From assembly GCA_043822705.1 (NCBI GenBank), contig JBDRBK010000110.1, forward strand, positions 1-45,009: a DNA stretch of 45,009 bases, read 5' to 3'. This DNA is from Fidelibacterota bacterium (GTDB lineage: Bacteria; Fidelibacterota; Marinisomatia; Marinisomatales; TCS56). Each line of letters starts with the position of its first letter. The first letter of the stretch is position 1. Shown in pieces: positions 21,142 to 30,867 of this stretch. A model generated the notes under the pieces. That model did not search any database. It was not told the DNA's origin and worked only from the letters and a program-made list of their open reading frames with translations. The translations under genes were made by a program, and so were the position numbers.

Positions 21142-22331
21142 TTTTCCAACTGCACCGCATCTTTAGGTTTTATTGAAACCGCCCGCCGGCTGGCGATGAT
21201 TGACGCCAGGATGATCAGGACGAAGGCGATCGCCGGAACGGCCGCCAGATCATGCCAGTAAAGCAGCATCGGCAGAGCGTCAATAATATAAATCTCCGAT
21301 GGCAGGGGGATAATTCCGGTCAACTGCTGAAGCAGCACCAGCAGCAGGCTCAGGACCAGTCCGGCCGCGGCCCCCAAACCGCCGATGATCAGTCCCTGCA
21401 CCAGCAGAATATTCCTGATCCCGCGCACCGGCACGCCCATGGTGCGCAGAATCCCGATTTCACGAATTTTCTGGTAGGTAATCAGCACCAGAGTCGAGGC
21501 CAGATTGAAGGATGCCACCAGAACAATCAGACTGAGCACCACGACCGCGCCGATCCGTTCCATCCGCATGGCGCTGAACAGCCCCTGATGCATTTCGCTC
21601 CAGCTTTCCGAATGGACACCGGCCGGCAGCAAATCATCGATCCAGCGCCGTTGCCATTCGAAATCAGACAATGGCAGGAACCGCAGGTCAACGCCATCCA
21701 GTCCCTGTTTGCGGGTGAAAAGCTGCGTTCCTGCCGATAACGGGATAAATACCGTGCGATCGTCGAAATCGAGTACTTCCGCCCGGAAGATTCCGGCCAC
21801 CGGCAATCGCACGATCCGCGGCAGACCGATCCCCGCCGGGGCATCGATCGGACTCATGATTCGCAGGTAATCGCCGACCATCAGGTTCAGCCGCTGGGCC
21901 AGCAACGCCCCCACCAGTACGGCGGGACCGTCCCGGACGCTATCCAGACCCAGGTCATAAAAAGTCAGAGCCCTTTCCATATCGACTGCTTTCAGATCGA
22001 CCATGCGATTCTCATCAAAATCGTTGATCACCAGCCCTTTGCGTTCCATAAACGGCATATACCCTGCCAGCAATCCCTGTGATTGCCAGTCCTCAGCCAG
22101 TCGAACGATATCGACCGTTGCCGTATCAGCACTGATCCGCAGATCACCTTCGAAACCAATTATTTTTTCCGTGACCCGCGCTTCGAAGCCATTCAACACG
22201 GCCAGGGATATGATCAGTGCGAAGCAGCCGACCGCCAGACCGATTACGGCTATCCAGCCGGTGAAACGGCTGGTGCCGCTGCCTTTCCCGCCCAGCATGA
22301 AACGTTTGGCTACCAGGACGGCAAACTTCAT
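21138..22331 (-). CDS. Lipoprotein-releasing ABC transporter permease (LolC/E family)
   Basis: AVLNGFE, MacB/FtsX topology, VASFNLASTL...KIREIGILRTMG, IYIIDALP; ATGA overlap with lolD. Confidence 0.85.
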   Translation of the reverse strand: MKFAVLVAKRFMLGGKGSGTSRFTGWIAVIGLAVGCFALIISLAVLNGFEARVTEKIIGFEGDLRISADTATVDIVRLAEDWQSQGLLAGYMPFMERKGLVINDFDENRMVDLKAVDMERALTFYDLGLDSVRDGPAVLVGALLAQRLNLMVGDYLRIMSPIDAPAGIGLPRIVRLPVAGIFRAEVLDFDDRTVFIPLSAGTQLFTRKQGLDGVDLRFLPLSDFEWQRRWIDDLLPAGVHSESWSEMHQGLFSAMRMERIGAVVVLSLIVLVASFNLASTLVLITYQKIREIGILRTMGVPVRGIRNILLVQGLIIGGLGAAAGLVLSLLLVLLQQLTGIIPLPSEIYIIDALPMLLYWHDLAAVPAIAFVLIILASIIASRRAVSIKPKDAVQLEK

Positions 22332-23533
22332 TCGTAGCGTAACGCTTTCGCCGGACGAACCGCCGCCGCCCGTGCCGTTGGTCCCAGTGCCGCCAGTAGC
22401 GCCGCTCCGACACCGATAACGATAAATGTAATGACGGTCAGACCATCGAGATAAGCCGGAACCCGATCCATGAAATAGACATCTTCGGGAATCCTGATTA
22501 ATTGGAAACGATCCTGCAGCCAGATCAGAATGGTAGCGACCAGGGCGCCGCCTGCGGAACCGGTCAACCCGATGATGCCGCCTTCAATCAGGAATATCTG
22601 CCTGATCCGGCGGCGGGTGCAACCCATCGATTTCAGGATACCGATCTCGCGGATTTTCTCGAGCACGATCATGGCCAGGGCCGCCACAATATTGACCACG
22701 CCGACCAGGGCGATCAGGCCGAAAATTATCAGTATCGGCCATTTCTGAACCGCCAGCCAGTTGAACAGGATCCGATGTTTTTCTTTCCACGACAGAACGA
22801 AATAAGGGTAGCCCAGGCTGTTTTCCAGTGTCTGCAGCGCCTGATCGAGCGCTTCGGCCCGATCCAGAAATACCACGCGCCCGGTGATCTGTTCCGGCAG
22901 TGCGAACAGGCGCTGGGCGGCAGCCAGGTCCAGGTACACCATCAGACCATCGTATTCCTGCAAACCGGAGTGATAGATACCGGAAATCGTAAATTGCCCC
23001 AAGCGCCGGGCGCTGGACACCCGGTGTATATTCGCCAGGTCGAACAGGATAATTTTATCACCCAGTTTCAGACCCATTTTTCTGGTCAGTTCACTACCGA
23101 CAACGACGCTCTGTTCATCCAGCCGGAATTCGCCTGCGCTGAGCAGGGAAAGGAGTCCCGCCGGGATCGATTCGCCGCGATAGGCTTCCACCACGATCCC
23201 TTCAGCCTGCTGACCATGCCGCAGAATAGCTGGTTTCTGGATGTAGGAATAGACCGCGCAGCCGGCAGTCAGGCGGGTCAGGGCCGAATCTACCAGAACA
23301 TCGGACATACCGAGCGCTTGATCCATAAAGTGCTCAATGCGGATATGCCCATCGAAATCAGTCAATTTGGCGCTGAGCGTGCGTTCGAATCCGGCGAGGA
23401 TACTGAAGGTCAGGATCAGGGCCGCGATTCCCAGACCCAATCCGGTCATCGCCATGACACCGGCATAACGCGAAAAACTCGATAGCTGCGGAATACCAAG
23501 ATGGCGCCGGGCGATCTTGAAAGTCAAGCTCAT
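22328..23533 (-). CDS. Lipoprotein-releasing ABC transporter permease (LolC/E family), second paralog
   Basis: SILAGFE, GIYHSGLQEYD, EKIREIGILKSMG, VYFMDRVP, terminal ALRYE. Confidence 0.85.
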   Translation of the reverse strand: MSLTFKIARRHLGIPQLSSFSRYAGVMAMTGLGLGIAALILTFSILAGFERTLSAKLTDFDGHIRIEHFMDQALGMSDVLVDSALTRLTAGCAVYSYIQKPAILRHGQQAEGIVVEAYRGESIPAGLLSLLSAGEFRLDEQSVVVGSELTRKMGLKLGDKIILFDLANIHRVSSARRLGQFTISGIYHSGLQEYDGLMVYLDLAAAQRLFALPEQITGRVVFLDRAEALDQALQTLENSLGYPYFVLSWKEKHRILFNWLAVQKWPILIIFGLIALVGVVNIVAALAMIVLEKIREIGILKSMGCTRRRIRQIFLIEGGIIGLTGSAGGALVATILIWLQDRFQLIRIPEDVYFMDRVPAYLDGLTVITFIVIGVGAALLAALGPTARAAAVRPAKALRYE

Positions 23534-23655
23534 GCCGACTGAATTTCAATTAATCTATGAATAGTATGCATAGCTTTCCGCCGATCACAGCCGGATCGGT
23601 GGATAATGAACCGGACACTGAATTGTCCCGGTAATTAAGCTTCCCGTAGTTCCGG

Positions 23656-25146
23656 TCAATCGATTTTACGCATAGCGGGAAAGAGCACCACATCGCGGAT
23701 CGAGCGTTGCTCACCCAGCAACATCACCAGCCGGTCGATGCCCATACCGACACCACCGGTAGGCGGCATGCCGCATTCGACGGCCTGCAGGAAATTCTCA
23801 TCCGGAACCTGGGCTTCCTCGTCCCCGGCCGCCTTCAGGTTCGCCTGCGCCTCAAAGCGCTCACGCTGATCCAGCGGATCGTTCAGTTCGGAAAAGGCGT
23901 TGCAGAATTCGGCACCGCCGATGAACAGTTCGAAGCGTTCCACCAGTTCCGGATCGCCACTGCGATGCATTTTAGCCAGGGGTGAGATCGCCTTGGGGTG
24001 ATCGGTCACAAATGTTGGTTGCAGTAAATTAGGCTCGACCAGTTCACTCATCATGAGGTCCAGTAGATTGCCGTAATTAGCTTTATCGGGGACGACAATT
24101 TCAAACTCGGCGCAGATTTCAGCCATTTCCCGGACGGAGGCATTGCCCAGATCGTGCCCGGTGGCTTCCTTCAGCAGTGTCAGAATCGGTTTGCGAACAA
24201 AGGGACGGTTCAAGTTGATCTCAACACCGTTCCAATTAACTTTTGTTTTTCCAACCGCCTGCGCCACCGTTCGGATCAGATCCTCGACCAAGTCCATCAT
24301 ATAGTTGTAATCCACATATGCCTGGTAAAATTCCAGCATTGTGAATTCCGGGTTGTGATTCCGGTCCATGCCCTCGTTACGGAAATCCTTGGAGATTTCA
24401 TAAACCCGGTCAAACCCGCCGATAATCAGCCGCTTTAAGTACAGTTCGTCGGCGATCCGTAGGTACAAAGTCTGATCCAGGGCATTGTGGTGCGTAGTAA
24501 ATGGCCGGGCATTGGCGCCGCCGTACAGCGGCTGCAGCACCGGCGTCTCGACTTCGAGATAGTCACGCTGATCAAAATAGCGGCGCACGGCGGTAATAAT
24601 TTTACTTCGCAGGATGAAAATATCCCGGACTTCCGGGTTGACAATCAAATCCAGATGACGGTGACGATAACGCAGTTCCTTGTCCTGGAAGGCATCGAAG
24701 GTTTCGCCATCCTTTTCCTTGACCACCGGCAACGGCCGGATACTTTTACTCAGTATCGTAATTTCCCGGGCATGAATGGAAATCTCGCCGGTCTTGGTTG
24801 TAAATACATAACCGGCCACACCCAGAAAATCACCGATATCCAGCTTTTTGAATACCTCGTAGGAATCGTTGCCGATATCGTCGCGGCGCAGATAGCACTG
24901 AATCCGGCCGGCATGGTCCTGAATATGGACAAAAGCAGCTTTACCCATGATCCGCAGCGACATGACCCGTCCGGCCACTGCCACATCGCAGCCCTCCAGT
25001 TCGGCGTAATTATCGCTGACGGCCAGACTCAAATGCGTGGGCTGGTAACCATACGGGTAAGGATTGACACCGGCATCACGAATCGCCTGCAGTTTTTCCT
25101 TACGAAACTGGATGATCTGATTTAAACTTTGTTTTTCTTCTGACAT
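23656..25146 (-). CDS. lysS: Lysine--tRNA ligase (class II)
   Basis: N-terminal OB anticodon domain, YGGANARPFTTHHNAL, YLRIADELYLKRLIIGG, FRNEG, GMPPTGGVGMGIDRL. Confidence 0.97.
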   Translation of the reverse strand: MSEEKQSLNQIIQFRKEKLQAIRDAGVNPYPYGYQPTHLSLAVSDNYAELEGCDVAVAGRVMSLRIMGKAAFVHIQDHAGRIQCYLRRDDIGNDSYEVFKKLDIGDFLGVAGYVFTTKTGEISIHAREITILSKSIRPLPVVKEKDGETFDAFQDKELRYRHRHLDLIVNPEVRDIFILRSKIITAVRRYFDQRDYLEVETPVLQPLYGGANARPFTTHHNALDQTLYLRIADELYLKRLIIGGFDRVYEISKDFRNEGMDRNHNPEFTMLEFYQAYVDYNYMMDLVEDLIRTVAQAVGKTKVNWNGVEINLNRPFVRKPILTLLKEATGHDLGNASVREMAEICAEFEIVVPDKANYGNLLDLMMSELVEPNLLQPTFVTDHPKAISPLAKMHRSGDPELVERFELFIGGAEFCNAFSELNDPLDQRERFEAQANLKAAGDEEAQVPDENFLQAVECGMPPTGGVGMGIDRLVMLLGEQRSIRDVVLFPAMRKID

Positions 25147-25155
25147 GCTGTCCTG

Positions 25156-26272
25156 CTATACTTTTTTCCCGGCGCTATCCTTCATCTGCCATAGCAGGTA
25201 GGCCCGGATAAAACGGTCGATCTCGCCGTCCATGACCGCCTGAACGTTGCCGGTCTCTTCTTTGGTACGGTGATCTTTGACCATGTTGTAGGGATGAAAT
25301 ACATATGACCGAATCTGACTGCCCCAGCCAATATCCAGTTTACTTTTCTCCAGCTCAGAATGAGCATCCCGCTCACGGTCGATTTCAATCTGGTACAACC
25401 GTGATTTCAGAACCTTTAAGGCCTGGGCCTTGTTTTTATGCTGTGAGCGTTCATTCTGGCAGGAAACCACGATTCCGGTGGGCAGGTGGGTGATCCGGAT
25501 CGCTGAATCGGTTTTATTGACATGCTGTCCGCCGGCCCCGCTGGCCCGGAAGGTATCGATCCGCAATTCACTGGGATTGATTTCGATTTCGATATCCTCG
25601 GTGACGGCCGGATAGACAAATACCGATGCAAATGAGGTGTGTCGACGGCTGTTGGCATCGAATGGCGAGATGCGCACCAGGCGGTGAATGCCGGCTTCGG
25701 CCTTGAGCAGTCCGTAGGCATAATCGCCCTGAATCTCGAAGGTCACGTCCTTAATGCCGGCCTCGTCGCCTGGTTGATAGTCCAGGATGTCGACCTCGAA
25801 TCCTTTTTTTTCGAACCAGCGCTTGTACATACGCGACAGCATATCAGCCCAGTCCTGGCTCTCCGTTCCACCGGCGCCGGGGTGAATTTGCAGAATCGCC
25901 GGCAGGACATCCTGCTCTTCGCCCAGCATCATTTTTAATTCCAGATCTTCGATGATGTGTCGGTACTCCCGCAATTCGAGCTGTACTTCGTCGCTGGTCG
26001 CTGCGCCGGCTTCGGCAAATTCCATTAACACTTCCAGATCGCCGTGACGGCGTTCCAGATCGTTCCAGAGCGCAATTTCTTTTTCCAGGAGGGATATTTT
26101 TTTCAGAACGGACGAAGCAGCGGCATTGTCATTCCAAAATGCGGGAACCGCCGATTGCTCCCGGAGCTGATTCAGTTGGGCTGTGTGCGAATCCAGGTCA
26201 AAGATACCTCCGCAATTCGAGGTATTTTGTCTCCGTGGCGGTAAAATGCTCTCTTAGCTCGGCTAATTCCAT
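25156..26272 (-). CDS. prfB: Peptide chain release factor 2, translated via programmed +1 frameshift (371 aa)
   Basis: ORF1 ATG 26272 MELAELREHFTATETKYLELRRYL then TGA; +1 frame continues DLDSHTAQ...FWND...; GAGGTESQDW, RISPF (SPF), GAGGQHVNKT. Confidence 0.97.
26197..26211 (-). other. prfB programmed +1 frameshift site
   Basis: Minus strand GGAGG-TAT-CTT-TGA-C: internal SD 3 nt before the CTT TGA C slippery site. Confidence 0.97.
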
Positions 26273-26468
26273 GAAGAAAATTAAGCAGATTCAGGAAATA
26301 ACAGCGACGGAAAATATGCGGGCGTAACACCGCACGCCCCGATATGTCAATCAGAAATAACCGGTCAGGAACCGAGCCGCCGGTCTGCCGGATAATCTGC
26401 CGGACACGACCACTGCCATTCGACAATCAGCGGCCGTCAGTCACCGGACGAGCGCCGCAACTATCCGA

Positions 26469-27710
26469 TCAATTCGGTTTTTTCTCGATGGCCCGGATGT
26501 AAAGGTACAGCACTATTGCCAGGAAACTGATCATGATTGTAGCGATTCCCAGACCGATACGGCGCCAGCGAAAATCAGCGATCAGTTCATCGACACCGAG
26601 AATTACGGCACGGGCGATTGCCAGCCCGGGACCGGTTGATTCGGTCACCTGGTCAAGATCGAAACTATGTACCGTAGTGCGTGATTGAACCAGGCTGGTA
26701 TGGCCGTTCTGGATATCAAATATCAGATTTTCGGTTTCCAGCCCCTGCTGCTCGGCCAGTTTCACCGCCGTCTCAGCCGCCTCCAATTCGTCGTTCAATT
26801 CGTTCAAAGCAGCCTTAATGCCGTCACCGATTTGGGCTCCCGGATCGCCGTCGGCATGGCAACTCCCGCAGATACCGGGCGCTGCAACACCGATCATTGC
26901 TTCCGAAGGATGGATAATCGCATGGGCGGTGTGGCAGGCGGCACAGCCATGAATGTCATTTTCGAGGAAAACAGTATGCATAACCGTTCCGTTGAACAAA
27001 GCCTGGTTTTTCACATGGCAGGTACCACAAACCTCCTGAATCGATCCCAGCGCCGGCGGGGCGGCACCATGATTGCCGTGGCAATTATTGCAGGTGGGAG
27101 CCGCCAGGTCGCCCTTTTCCAGCAGGGCGATGCCGTGAACACTGGCTCGGTATTGACCAACCGATTCGAATGGCAGCCCGTATTTGCCCATCAATTGCCG
27201 GTCACTGTGACAGCGACCGCAGGTTATATCGACATTGGCATGGTACACGGAGGCGGCCGGGTCGTTCTTCTTCCTGATTCCATGCACGTCATGACAGGAG
27301 ACGCAGGTCGCCATGTCAACGTTACCCTGTTTAAGGCTGGCACCGTGACCGCTGGTCCAGTATTTGGCTTCCTGATCGGTGGGCATATTGGGATTGTATG
27401 TCCGCATGAATTGTGGATTACTGTGACACTTGCTGCAAACTTCAATAATTCCAACGCCGGCAGGGACACCAATAAATCCCGCCTTTTCAGATTTAGCCTC
27501 ATCATAATCCCAGGCTTCCGGATCGCCGCCATGGCAGATGGTGCAGTTAAATCCGGCGACCGAATGGACATCATCAGCGAACAGTTCGACCGGGGCGTTT
27601 AAAGGCTGGTCCAGTTCCTGATGGCAACCGGCACAGGATACAGCTTCATTTTGAGCAAAGACGCTGACAGTGATCGCCAGCCAACTGATAATAAGTTTTG
27701 TTAGTTTCAT
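26469..27710 (-). CDS. Membrane-anchored nonaheme cytochrome c
   Basis: Nine CxxCH (CAGCH, CTICH, CSKCH, CVSCH, CGRCH, CNNCH, CGTCH, CAACH, CGSCH), Sec signal, helical stalk, C-terminal TM helix. Start re-called to ATG 27710 (ATGA overlap with the cyt b stop). Confidence 0.9.
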   Translation of the reverse strand: MKLTKLIISWLAITVSVFAQNEAVSCAGCHQELDQPLNAPVELFADDVHSVAGFNCTICHGGDPEAWDYDEAKSEKAGFIGVPAGVGIIEVCSKCHSNPQFMRTYNPNMPTDQEAKYWTSGHGASLKQGNVDMATCVSCHDVHGIRKKNDPAASVYHANVDITCGRCHSDRQLMGKYGLPFESVGQYRASVHGIALLEKGDLAAPTCNNCHGNHGAAPPALGSIQEVCGTCHVKNQALFNGTVMHTVFLENDIHGCAACHTAHAIIHPSEAMIGVAAPGICGSCHADGDPGAQIGDGIKAALNELNDELEAAETAVKLAEQQGLETENLIFDIQNGHTSLVQSRTTVHSFDLDQVTESTGPGLAIARAVILGVDELIADFRWRRIGLGIATIMISFLAIVLYLYIRAIEKKPN

Positions 27711-28771
27711 ACCAGGTACCCCCATACGGTCATGATGAGGATGTAAAGAATTATGATCGACCCAATAATCTTTAATCGCCGGTAGCGACGGACATCATCC
27801 TTGCGGTCCAGAAATGGCACCAACAGCCAGATCAGCCCGCCGATCATAAATCCGAGGATTCCCAGCACCTCACCCTCGATAAACCAGACATGTCCGGGAA
27901 TAAATTTCAGGGTCTGGAACATGAACATAAAGTACCATTCGGGCCGGATATTGGCCGGTGCCGAAGCGAATAAATCCGCTTTCGATCCCAATTCCCAAGG
28001 AAAAAACACCGCCAGAATCGCCAGCACGTTCAGGACGATCAGCCACAGGAGTATATCACGCAAAACAAAACTGGGGAAGAATGGCATAAATTTGCGTTTT
28101 TGTTCCGGCAATTTTTCCCAGTTATGGGGAGTGGACATCCCCTGGATTTGGATCAGGGCCAGGTGAATCCCCAAAAACACCACAAAAATTCCAGGGAAAA
28201 TGGCCACATGAAAACCGAAAAACCGTGGTAGCGTAGCGCCGGTAACATCGGGACTACCACGGAGCACGGTCATGATGCCCTTGCCGACAACCGGAATGGC
28301 ACCCACGATTTCCGTTCCCACTTTCGTTGCGAAAAAAGCCAGTTCATTCCAGGGTAACAGATAACCGCTGAATCCGAAACCGAAACCCAGCAACAGCAGG
28401 ATAACACCACTGACCCAGGTCAGTTCACGCGGTTTGCGATAGCTACGATCGAAAAACACAGAAAACATGTGTATGAAAGCAGCCAGGATCATCAGATTGG
28501 CCGACCAACTATGCACGGATCTGATCAACCAGCCGAACTTCACCTTGGACATGATAAACTGAATCGATTCAAACGCCTCGCTGGCACTGGCCTTGTAATA
28601 CATCAGCAGCAATATGCCGGACAAGACTTGCACCACGAACAGGAATAGGGCCACTCCGCCCATATAGTACCAATACCAACCGGGACCGGCCGGTACTTTT
28701 TTCTTGGCCATGAATAGAACTATCGGCTCGAAATCAAAGCGTTCTTCCAGCCAGGCTCTGATTGTCTTCAT
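27707..28771 (-). CDS. Cytochrome b of a Rieske/cytochrome b complex (b6-like and subunit IV-like parts unsplit)
   Basis: GWLIRSVHSWSANLMILAAFIHM, GYLLPW, RFFGFH...IH, PEWY. Start re-called to ATG 28771 (354 aa; GGAGG upstream, TGATG overlap with the Rieske stop). Confidence 0.93.
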   Translation of the reverse strand: MKTIRAWLEERFDFEPIVLFMAKKKVPAGPGWYWYYMGGVALFLFVVQVLSGILLLMYYKASASEAFESIQFIMSKVKFGWLIRSVHSWSANLMILAAFIHMFSVFFDRSYRKPRELTWVSGVILLLLGFGFGFSGYLLPWNELAFFATKVGTEIVGAIPVVGKGIMTVLRGSPDVTGATLPRFFGFHVAIFPGIFVVFLGIHLALIQIQGMSTPHNWEKLPEQKRKFMPFFPSFVLRDILLWLIVLNVLAILAVFFPWELGSKADLFASAPANIRPEWYFMFMFQTLKFIPGHVWFIEGEVLGILGFMIGGLIWLLVPFLDRKDDVRRYRRLKIIGSIIILYILIMTVWGYLV

Positions 28772-29247
28772 CAAGCCTCCTTTCGCGAAACCCAAATTTC
28801 GCCATTGGACTTGATATTGACGGCAAATTCCTCCAGCGGGCGCGGCGGCGGACCGGATAGGATATTACCATTAATATCAAATTTTGCGTTATGACAGGCA
28901 CACCAGATATACTTGTCCTCCTGCTGATACTGGACGATGCAGGATAAATGGGTGCAGGTCGCCGACAAGGCTCGATAATTGCCTGTTCCGTCCTTGAATA
29001 AAATGCCCGGTTTGCGTCCGAAAGGAAAAATCTTAAATGCTTTCTCCCAGGTATCGTCGATTCGGCCCACCTGAATGGAATTGACAGCTGCTTCTCCGGC
29101 CGGGGGCGGAATCAGGTAGCGGATTACCGGGTAAGTGATACTGCCCAGCCAACCCAGTATACCTAATCCAAGTAGTTTCTGTAGAATGCTTCTCCGATCG
29201 GTACCGACTACTTTTTCGTCGGTGACCGCCTGTTTTTTTTCCATCAT
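28771..29247 (-). CDS. Rieske iron-sulfur protein
   Basis: Tat-like DRRSIL plus TM helix, box I CTHLSC, box II CACH, GPPPRPL. Confidence 0.93.
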   Translation of the reverse strand: MMEKKQAVTDEKVVGTDRRSILQKLLGLGILGWLGSITYPVIRYLIPPPAGEAAVNSIQVGRIDDTWEKAFKIFPFGRKPGILFKDGTGNYRALSATCTHLSCIVQYQQEDKYIWCACHNAKFDINGNILSGPPPRPLEEFAVNIKSNGEIWVSRKEA

Positions 29248-29367
29248 ACCTAGCGTTCCCGTTTGTTAGACTGTGAATCAGTTGATGCTTGTACAGTGCC
29301 AACTCCCCCGCTAGATCAATTTTGGGCAATAATCTGAATTTAGCCGTCGGATAAATTCCAGTGGCAT

Positions 29368-30867
29368 TCAGTTACTGGTCCGTAAAAATTCCTCCTGCAG
29401 ATACTTATGCAAAATTGCCTCCCTGCCGGCAATCCCCGACTTTTCCAGGTATTCAAAAATCTGGTCTGAACGTTGTGCCAGAATCGAATGGCAGAGGGTG
29501 CAGTTAGCGGAAATATTGTTCCCCTGATCATCCAGCAGATACTGGTTATGACAACGATAACACCCCAGATCATGCTCGTGACCGACATGATCGGGATAGC
29601 TGCCCCAGGTGATGCTCATCCGGGGGTGGATGTTGCGCTTATAGACGTCCTGAAGTGTTGCGATCGCCTGATCTAACAGGTCCTGGTTGGCGGCCGTGAA
29701 TTCCGGATAATTATGATTATAATAGGACTGGATAATAAATCGGATTTTTTCCAGACCATTTTCCTTAGTCCGGAAATTGGAATTCTTTAACGCTTTCAAT
29801 CCCTCGCGCTTGATGTATGGAATCCGGCGATCAATCAGGCCAGAGCGAATCCGGTCATCGATGGCGTTATCCGGATCCTCGTAAATATGAGTCGCCCGGT
29901 TATGGCAATCGACACAGTCGAGAGTGCGAACTGTTTCGGAATTAATTTCCGAATTATTCAGATTGCGGTTGTTGTAGCGCTTGTAACTACCGTCCGGTTG
30001 CAGCACTTCGACCCAGGCGATTTCCTCACGTTCATCGGTAACCGAAACAAATCGTACTTCATTCTCCCGGGCGATGTGCCAGTGAATCCCCGACGGCTGC
30101 GCCCCCTTTCCCGCATCGATTTTCAGCAACAGCGTGGTATACTGCGGATTCGAATGCTCGTCCTGACCATAGTGAATTGTCGATTTCAGGCGCCGACCGT
30201 AAAATTTGTCCGGCCAGTGGCATTTTTCGCAGGTTTCCCGGGCCGGGCGCAGGTTGTGCACCGGCGTTGGAATCGGTCGATTATAAAGATCGAAAGTGGC
30301 GGAAACCATCTGCCAGACACCATTCAATTTGGCATCAAATTTGGCGCCGACCCCTTCACCGATATGGCAATCAACGCAGGCCACCCGAGCATGCGGACTC
30401 TGCTGATAGGCCGCCCATTCGGGTCCCATGACGTCGTGGCAGGCGGTCCCGCAAAATTCGGAGGAATCCATGAAATGCAGCGCATTGATACTGACCGAAC
30501 TGAGAAATACAATACTGGCGACGGTTAGGATGGTGACAATCCACAAAGCTCGCGAACCGGTAATCCGTGCTTTCAAATCATCAGGATCGAAACTTTCCGC
30601 GAACAGTTCACGGGTGGTTTTTCCGGTTGTTTTCCGGAATTGCCACCAGCCGATCGGTACCAGGATCAGGCCCAGAATGAACAGGGCCGGGAATAAAAGA
30701 TAGGCAATCAGTCCGGCATAGGCATTAGCGAATAGTCCGATGAATTGCAGTATCTGGAAAAAGAAAAAAGATACCGTCGACGACAAGATCAGGATCACAC
30801 CCACCTTACCGGTCCAATGTCGTGATAGACGCCGGACGATATTGATATATTTTAGAAAGCGGTTCAT
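29368..30867 (-). CDS. NapC/NirT-like membrane multiheme cytochrome c (6 heme motifs)
   Basis: Three N-terminal TM helices, FCGTACHDVM (CX3CH), SPHARVACVDCH, CEKCH, CVDCH, CYRCH, CTLCH; ATGA overlap with the upstream gene. Confidence 0.85.
   Translation of the reverse strand: MNRFLKYINIVRRLSRHWTGKVGVILILSSTVSFFFFQILQFIGLFANAYAGLIAYLLFPALFILGLILVPIGWWQFRKTTGKTTRELFAESFDPDDLKARITGSRALWIVTILTVASIVFLSSVSINALHFMDSSEFCGTACHDVMGPEWAAYQQSPHARVACVDCHIGEGVGAKFDAKLNGVWQMVSATFDLYNRPIPTPVHNLRPARETCEKCHWPDKFYGRRLKSTIHYGQDEHSNPQYTTLLLKIDAGKGAQPSGIHWHIARENEVRFVSVTDEREEIAWVEVLQPDGSYKRYNNRNLNNSEINSETVRTLDCVDCHNRATHIYEDPDNAIDDRIRSGLIDRRIPYIKREGLKALKNSNFRTKENGLEKIRFIIQSYYNHNYPEFTAANQDLLDQAIATLQDVYKRNIHPRMSITWGSYPDHVGHEHDLGCYRCHNQYLLDDQGNNISANCTLCHSILAQRSDQIFEYLEKSGIAGREAILHKYLQEEFLRTSN

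Noticed and set aside
23534..23655. Two short hairpins between lysS and the LolC/E gene
   Set aside because: No U-tail, riboswitch or ncRNA motif recognised; may be mRNA stability elements but unsupported.
23656..25146. lysS as the EF-P lysyl ligase EpmA
   Set aside because: Full length with an anticodon-binding domain, which EpmA lacks.
25156..26272. prfB as a pseudogene or sequencing error
   Set aside because: The break is the canonical SD + CTT TGA C programmed frameshift.
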